Of a stretch of DNA of 11,567 nucleotides, positions 6,171 to 11,567 are shown piece by piece. Numbering within the stretch: the stretch's first letter is position 1; every line of letters begins with the position of its first letter. The stretch is taken from NCBI GenBank assembly GCA_003568775.1, contig MWMI01000008.1:1-11567 (forward strand), given 5' to 3'. Origin of the DNA: Candidatus Nanoclepta minutus. Its GTDB lineage: Archaea; Nanobdellota; Nanobdellia; Nanobdellales; Nanobdellaceae. The notes beneath the pieces were generated by a model that saw nothing but the letters and a program-made list of their open reading frames with translations, had not been told where the DNA came from and made no database searches. The position numbers were made by a program, and so were the translations under genes.

Positions 6171-6314
6171 CCCCCGTATGGTCTCTCCTACAGAAACATG
6201 AAGTAGGGATCCCGTACGGGGAACAAATGTGGAGTATATCCGAAATGGGTAAGGTTATCCCAGATTTGCGGCCGTACTTTTCGGGTTAGGCCCGCGGTGG
6301 GATATACCCACCGA
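6171..6314 (+). other. GC-rich structured 5' leader (ETS) of the 16S rRNA
   Basis: It contains a 50-nt imperfect hairpin at 6172-6221: ccccgtatgg/ccgtacgggg, 10 bp with one G-U; an inner 6-bp stem tcctac/gtaggg (6186-6191/6203-6208, one G-U); and an 11-nt loop. Further elements are the 5' strand of the BHB stem, a bulged hairpin at 6268-6295, and a 7-bp/5-nt-loop hairpin at 6295-6313 (cggtggg-atata-cccaccg). Confidence 0.6.
6242..6263 (+). other. 5' strand of the bulge-helix-bulge (BHB) pre-16S processing stem
   Basis: gaaa (6242-6245, outer helix), tggg (6246-6249, central 4 bp), taa (6250-6252, 3-nt bulge), ggttatcccag (6253-6263, inner helix). It pairs with 7813-7834. Confidence 0.6.
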
Positions 6315-7803
<1,489 letters not shown>

Positions 7804-7812
7804 TAGTTAAAG

Positions 7813-7834
7813 CTGGGATAACCCCCAAAATTTC
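7813..7834 (+). other. 3' strand of the BHB pre-16S processing stem
   Basis: ctgggataacc (7813-7823, inner helix, perfect complement of 6253-6263), ccca (7824-7827, central 4 bp), aaa (7828-7830, 3-nt bulge), tttc (7831-7834, outer helix). Confidence 0.6.
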
Positions 7835-7837
7835 AAA

Positions 7838-7853
7838 CTTTTTTGTTTTTATT
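7838..7853 (+). terminator. Oligo-T tract: probable rRNA transcript terminator, possibly overlapping the tgtA promoter
   Basis: cttttttgtttttatt lies directly after the BHB outer helix, with T6 and T5 runs. It ends 14 nt before the tgtA ATG. Confidence 0.4.
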
Positions 7854-7866
7854 CATCTTCTAAATA

Positions 7867-9114
7867 ATGTTTGAAATAAAACAAAGGGATATTGCTGGAA
7901 GAATAGGAATATTAAACATAAAAGGGAAAAGATTGGAAACTCCAACAATTTTACCAGTAATTAATCCAAACAAGTTAACAATAGATCCAAAAGATATTAA
8001 GGATAGATATAGAATAAATGCAATTATTACAAATGCTTATATAATTTATTCTAAACCAGAAATCAGAGAAAGAATATTAGAAATTGGTATTCATAAATAT
8101 TTAGACTTCAATGGGATAATAGAAACTGATTCTGGATCCTACCAAATGCTACACTATAAAAAGGATTTAGACATAGATAACAAAACGATTGTAGAATTCC
8201 AGATAGAGATAGGGAGCGATATAATAAACGTCTTGGATATACCAACGGATATCGATAAAACATACGAAGAGGCAAAAGAAGAACTTAAAATTACCCTAGA
8301 AAGGATAAGAGAGAGTATAGAAATAAGGAATAGAATTTCTAAGGATACTTGGATAAACGGTGCAATTCAGGGAGGAACATTCATAGATTTGAGGAGAGAA
8401 TCAGCAATCGAAGTTAGTAAATTACCTGTAGACATCTACGCAATAGGTACTATTGTACCATACCTAATAAAGTATAGGTTCCTAGACCTCTTCAAGACAA
8501 TCATTGAGCCAAGAATATTACTTCCGTTAAATAAACCTGTACACCTCTTCGGTGTAGGGCATACGCTAATACTACCGCTTTCCGTATCTATAGGATCGGA
8601 TATATTTGATTCTGCATCCTACGTACTCTTTGCAGAAGATGATAGGATTATAACGAACTATGGAACCTTCAAATTGGATGAACTTGAAGATTTCTATATA
8701 GAAACTAAGAATAAATCCTATCACACATCAGAAATAAAAGAAATGGAAAAGAAGGAAAGAGTAAAAATTCTATCGGAGGCCAACCTTTATTATTTAGTTA
8801 AAGAAATATCTATCATAAAAGACGCTATAAAAAACCAATACTTAATGGATTTGGTATGCTACAAAGCCCATATGCATAGATCAGTCTATGAAGCCACCAG
8901 GTATATACTAGAAAACTATTATAATTGGTTAAAGTCATTGGATCCTATAAGGAAGAGGAGTGGAATAACCTATTATGGAGATTTACTTGAAATAAGAGTA
9001 GAAGTTAGGAGAGCACTAGAAAGGTTAAAGGAAAGGGTAGATATAAGGGATATGGAATACCTGTACGATTATGTATTTCCGTTTAATTCTCTAAAAAATG
9101 ATAGAAAAATATAG
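7867..9114 (+). CDS. tgtA: Archaeosine tRNA-guanine transglycosylase, catalytic TIM-barrel module only (no C2/PUA domains)
   Basis: N-terminus MFEIKQRDIAGRIGILNIKGKRLETPTILPVINPN, ETDSGSYQM (catalytic Asp region), PVHLFGVGH and DIFDSASYVLFAEDDR all align with ArcTGT as I recall it. At 415 aa it is much shorter than the ~580 aa of full-length ArcTGT. Confidence 0.85.
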   Translation: MFEIKQRDIAGRIGILNIKGKRLETPTILPVINPNKLTIDPKDIKDRYRINAIITNAYIIYSKPEIRERILEIGIHKYLDFNGIIETDSGSYQMLHYKKDLDIDNKTIVEFQIEIGSDIINVLDIPTDIDKTYEEAKEELKITLERIRESIEIRNRISKDTWINGAIQGGTFIDLRRESAIEVSKLPVDIYAIGTIVPYLIKYRFLDLFKTIIEPRILLPLNKPVHLFGVGHTLILPLSVSIGSDIFDSASYVLFAEDDRIITNYGTFKLDELEDFYIETKNKSYHTSEIKEMEKKERVKILSEANLYYLVKEISIIKDAIKNQYLMDLVCYKAHMHRSVYEATRYILENYYNWLKSLDPIRKRSGITYYGDLLEIRVEVRRALERLKERVDIRDMEYLYDYVFPFNSLKNDRKI

Positions 9115-9589
9115 AAAAAACATAAAAAGAAACATAAGAAAGACCAAGCTATTTAAAAAGGGAAATAAGATAAGAATAGCAACTTTGTTATCAAATACTA
9201 GAGACTTCTCCATAGATATAATAAAAAAAGTAAATGAAAAGCACAATCTAAATTTAAAAATAGAAACAATAGAATATAGAAACTTGGAGGAATTCTCATT
9301 TGATAATTCAGATATAATAATTGTTCCATTAGAAGGTGTCTTTCTTTCTTTCCTACTATATTCTTATACAAAAGAACCTATATTTTTGAAAATATTCAAA
9401 TCCATCGATACTAACATTACTTATAACGTATCAGAGCTTTACATATCTAAATACCTTAAGAAGAACCCATCAATGTTCTCTTTAAAGTATAGAGAAATCT
9501 TAGAATTCGTTTATAGGATCATGGAAAGAAACGAAAAGTATGTAAGCTCTCTTTCAAACTTTCTATCTTATTTCAGAAAATATTATTAA
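9098..9589 (+). CDS. Hypothetical protein, possibly a degenerate or truncated PP-loop ATPase-like relic
   Basis: 163-aa ORF overlapping the tgtA end by 17 nt. The N-terminus IKRNIRKTKLFKKGNKIRIATLLSNTRDFSIDIIKKV follows the TilS/TtcA/Ncs6/QueC lead-in pattern (..I.k..l...gdkv.va.SGGxDS..l..l), but SGGxDS is replaced by SNTRDFS. Assignment is pattern-level only. Confidence 0.55.
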   Translation: MIEKYRKNIKRNIRKTKLFKKGNKIRIATLLSNTRDFSIDIIKKVNEKHNLNLKIETIEYRNLEEFSFDNSDIIIVPLEGVFLSFLLYSYTKEPIFLKIFKSIDTNITYNVSELYISKYLKKNPSMFSLKYREILEFVYRIMERNEKYVSSLSNFLSYFRKYY

Positions 9590-9612
9590 GCTTTTCAGTC
9601 AAAATATATACC

Positions 9613-10020
9613 ATGCCTGAATTTAGACTGAGGGGATATACATTAGAAGACCTTCAGAAGCTATCAATTGAAGAATTTGCTAAGAAAGTAGCTGATGCTA
9701 GATTAAGAAGAACTCTCTTCAGAAGGTTAAAGTTAGGTTTTCCCCCTCAATGGGAAAGGTTCTTTGAAAAATGTAAACTACAGAAAGAAGGAAAATACAA
9801 AAAAACTGTAAAGACACATGCTAGAGAGATACCAATTCTACCCTTTATGGTTGGATGTAAAGTTGCCGTCCACAATGGTAAGGAATTCGTAGAGTTTGAG
9901 ATAAAACCTGAAATGATAGGAAAGAGGTTAGGAGATTTCTCGCATACTACGAAGAAAGTAAAACACTCCGCTCCTGGTATAGGTGCATCTAGATCTACAA
10001 AGTTCATGAAGGTTAAGTAA
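9613..10020 (+). CDS. rps19: 30S ribosomal protein S19 (uS19)
   Basis: RGYTLEDLQKLSIEEF..., THAREIPILPFMVGCKVAVHNGKEFVEFEIKPEMIGKRLGDFSHTTKKVKHSAPGIGASRSTKF is a close match to the archaeal uS19 core (NGKEFV.VEIKPEMIGH.LGEF..T...V.HG.PG.GATRSSKF). Confidence 0.92.
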   Translation: MPEFRLRGYTLEDLQKLSIEEFAKKVADARLRRTLFRRLKLGFPPQWERFFEKCKLQKEGKYKKTVKTHAREIPILPFMVGCKVAVHNGKEFVEFEIKPEMIGKRLGDFSHTTKKVKHSAPGIGASRSTKFMKVK

Positions 10021-10022
10021 AC

Positions 10023-10856
10023 TTATATATTCCCCATAGAGGCTATATCTACAATAATAGCTCCTTTTGGAATTAATGGTAATAATAGCTTAAATATGAT
10101 TAGAGTTAGTGTCAGGAAGATTAAGGAATGTTTCAGCCCATACCTGTATGATCCTTTATACATTTTTCCCAAAGCTAAACCAGCAAAAAAAGATTGAATT
10201 ATGGATATTAAATAAAGGTTATTTACTATTTCGCTAGAATTAATCGCAACTTTTTCTCCAGGTAATGAAAGATCCAAAAATGGTAATAGAAATATTATTA
10301 AGATTACTGAGGTAGCTAGGAAGAAGAAGAATACAATATATGAATGTAAAATGTTTTCATGTAATACACTCTCCCTCTGTTTTCTTAGCTTCTTTATATC
10401 TCTAACAGCTCTAACTGATGCCTCTAAACTTTCTACAAGTGATCCACCCGATGTATATATGTTTATAATGTTCTTTACAATTAAAGAGACTGATCTACTC
10501 TCGCTCTCCTGAGCAAACTTATTGAAAGCCTCTATAGTACCAACCCCCCAATCTATCCTTGCAGATAGGTTCCTTATTAAAGGATTTAGCGGTCCATAGT
10601 CTGCCTTTTCTAAATGATTGAGGGCTATAGGCAAGGTAAGCCCGGTCCTCAATAGATCTGCAAGATCCATTGCAAACCTAATAAAGTTCTCTTCCTTCTT
10701 TTCCTCATCCATCGCTCTCTTCGTTTGTAATATAAGATATGGAATTAAAGAGATAACTATAGAAGTTAATAGAGCGTTATCTAAAGATACATTTAAGTAT
10801 ATCTGAAAGATCAAAGAAAGGATAAAAACTAAGATAAATAATAGATCTATCTTCAT
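10023..10856 (-). CDS. Type II secretion system F-domain membrane protein, equivalent to the C-terminal half of FlaJ/ArlJ or TadC
   Basis: N-terminal TM helix, then FIRFAMDLADLLRTGLTLPIALNHLEKADYGPLNPLIRNLSARIDWGVGTIEAFNKFA...GGSLVESLEA (T2SSF pattern), followed by C-terminal TM helices. The ATG overlaps the upstream ORF stop (ATGA). Confidence 0.8.
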   Translation of the reverse strand: MKIDLLFILVFILSLIFQIYLNVSLDNALLTSIVISLIPYLILQTKRAMDEEKKEENFIRFAMDLADLLRTGLTLPIALNHLEKADYGPLNPLIRNLSARIDWGVGTIEAFNKFAQESESRSVSLIVKNIINIYTSGGSLVESLEASVRAVRDIKKLRKQRESVLHENILHSYIVFFFFLATSVILIIFLLPFLDLSLPGEKVAINSSEIVNNLYLISIIQSFFAGLALGKMYKGSYRYGLKHSLIFLTLTLIIFKLLLPLIPKGAIIVDIASMGNI

Positions 10857-11567
10857 GTTTCTAACTTAGAAATAAAGATTAGAAAGCCTATATTAACTAT
10901 AGGTATTAGTATTAGAGTAATAACGGATAGAAACTGCGATAGTGTCATACCGAATATTTTTTCAGAAATAGTTGCCAGCATAACTGCTATGGAGATAAAA
11001 ATCATAGGAACGGTTAAAATTATTCCTACATATAAATCTGAAAAAGTCTTCATAGTTTGGTTCAACTTCTCTAAATCTGATCTGTACAAGGCTAACTGCA
11101 TTTCAGAATAAGTTATAAAGAAATCCTTTATACTTCTACCAGATTTTAACGTTAAAAGTAGTTCATCTAAGAATTCTGAAAACCTTTCAGATACTGTAGT
11201 ATCTCTAATATGGATTAAAGTATCAGTTAAACTAACTCCAATGGATAAAAGATCTGAAATCCTCTTGAACTCTTTAGATAAATAACCATATTCCTCTATC
11301 TCTGATAATAAGAAAAAAACTTTTTCTATATCAACTCCCGTTTGAAGTAAAGATAGCATATGTATTATAGCAAAGGGAAGGTTGTTATCTATACTGTTTC
11401 TTTTCGTATTCTTAGAATACTCTAGGAATAAAAAGATTATGAATAAGGAAAGGATTATTAGAGCTAAGGGTAATACTATTGCCCAGATCTTAAATATAAA
11501 AAGGAATAAAACTATACCAACAATAACGGAAAACGTTAATATTGTAAATAATATTGATAGAAAGATC
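10853..11567 (-). CDS. Type II secretion system F-domain membrane protein, equivalent to the N-terminal half of FlaJ/ArlJ or TadB; 5'-partial and running off the window
   Basis: The ORF track starts it at M(11359), but I translated the same frame and it is open to the window edge, adding two hydrophobic helices (...ILTFSVIVGIVLFLFIFKIWAIVLPLALIILSLFIIFLFLEYSKNTKRNSIDNNLPFAIIH). NLPFAIIHMLSLLQTGVDIEKVFFLLSE...LKSGRSIKDFF is a typical T2SSF domain. Confidence 0.8.
   Translation of the reverse strand, partial: IFLSILFTILTFSVIVGIVLFLFIFKIWAIVLPLALIILSLFIIFLFLEYSKNTKRNSIDNNLPFAIIHMLSLLQTGVDIEKVFFLLSEIEEYGYLSKEFKRISDLLSIGVSLTDTLIHIRDTTVSERFSEFLDELLLTLKSGRSIKDFFITYSEMQLALYRSDLEKLNQTMKTFSDLYVGIILTVPMIFISIAVMLATISEKIFGMTLSQFLSVITLILIPIVNIGFLIFISKLET

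Noticed and set aside
6171-6314. Possibility that the GC-rich block upstream of 16S encodes a tRNA, a split-tRNA half or a C/D box sRNA
   Set aside because: There is no D-arm (AGC..GG..GCT-type) or T-arm (GGTTCRANNCC) pattern, no acceptor-stem pairing, and no RUGAUGA or CUGA boxes. The segment is fully explained as rRNA leader helices plus the BHB strand.
7867-9589. tgtA (415 aa) plus the overlapping 163-aa ORF sum to about the length of full ArcTGT, suggesting one frameshifted gene
   Set aside because: The 163-aa product shows no resemblance to the C2 or PUA domains (no PUA G..V...gdeV.v..G pattern). It begins with its own basic N-terminus and a PP-loop-like lead-in, so the length match is probably coincidental.
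9747-10007. 86-aa antisense ORF inside rps19
   Set aside because: rps19 is unambiguous on the plus strand, so the antisense frame is a chance opening.
10618-10806. 62-aa plus-strand ORF inside the T2SSF gene
   Set aside because: It is nested antisense to a gene with clear family features, is short, and has no promoter or family signal.

Overview
This is an AT-rich, very gene-dense archaeal segment. It holds one strikingly GC-rich 16S rRNA gene (6315-7803, +) with no tRNA-Ala or 23S after it. Several traits point to a hyperthermophilic, genome-reduced nanoarchaeote, Nanoarchaeum equitans-like: low-GC coding DNA beside GC-rich rRNA, substitutions inside normally 'universal' 16S blocks, short or split versions of normally long genes (Lhr helicase, archaeosine TGT, FlaJ/TadC-like) and scattered ribosomal-protein genes. 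That attribution rests on remembered lineage traits, not on a search. Left to right, the window holds: the tail of an ORF entering from upstream; a membrane/coiled-coil orphan; and a tightly coupled four-gene minus-strand operon (HIT-like protein with a broken histidine triad, a 577-aa duplicated-NTase/HEPN-like protein, an MPE-type metallophosphoesterase, and a RecA-core-only Lhr helicase). Then come a CaCA-like polytopic membrane protein, a 38-codon L41e-like ORF missed by the ORF track, and the 16S gene with a structured GC-rich leader and a canonical bulge-helix-bulge processing stem. Downstream are a cysteine-poor archaeosine tRNA-guanine transglycosylase catalytic module, a 163-aa orphan with a possible degenerate PP-loop, ribosomal protein S19 outside any r-protein operon, and a T2SS-F (FlaJ/TadC-like) membrane platform encoded as two ATGA-coupled ORFs, the upstream one running off the window. 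The best candidate for an undescribed system is the HIT-like/NTase-HEPN-like/MPE/Lhr operon at 947-5013. The most unusual RNA-level observations are the 16S 3' end lacking the CCUCC anti-Shine-Dalgarno and the BHB motif bracketing the gene. All ORFs inside the rRNA and the antisense shadow ORFs are rejected.
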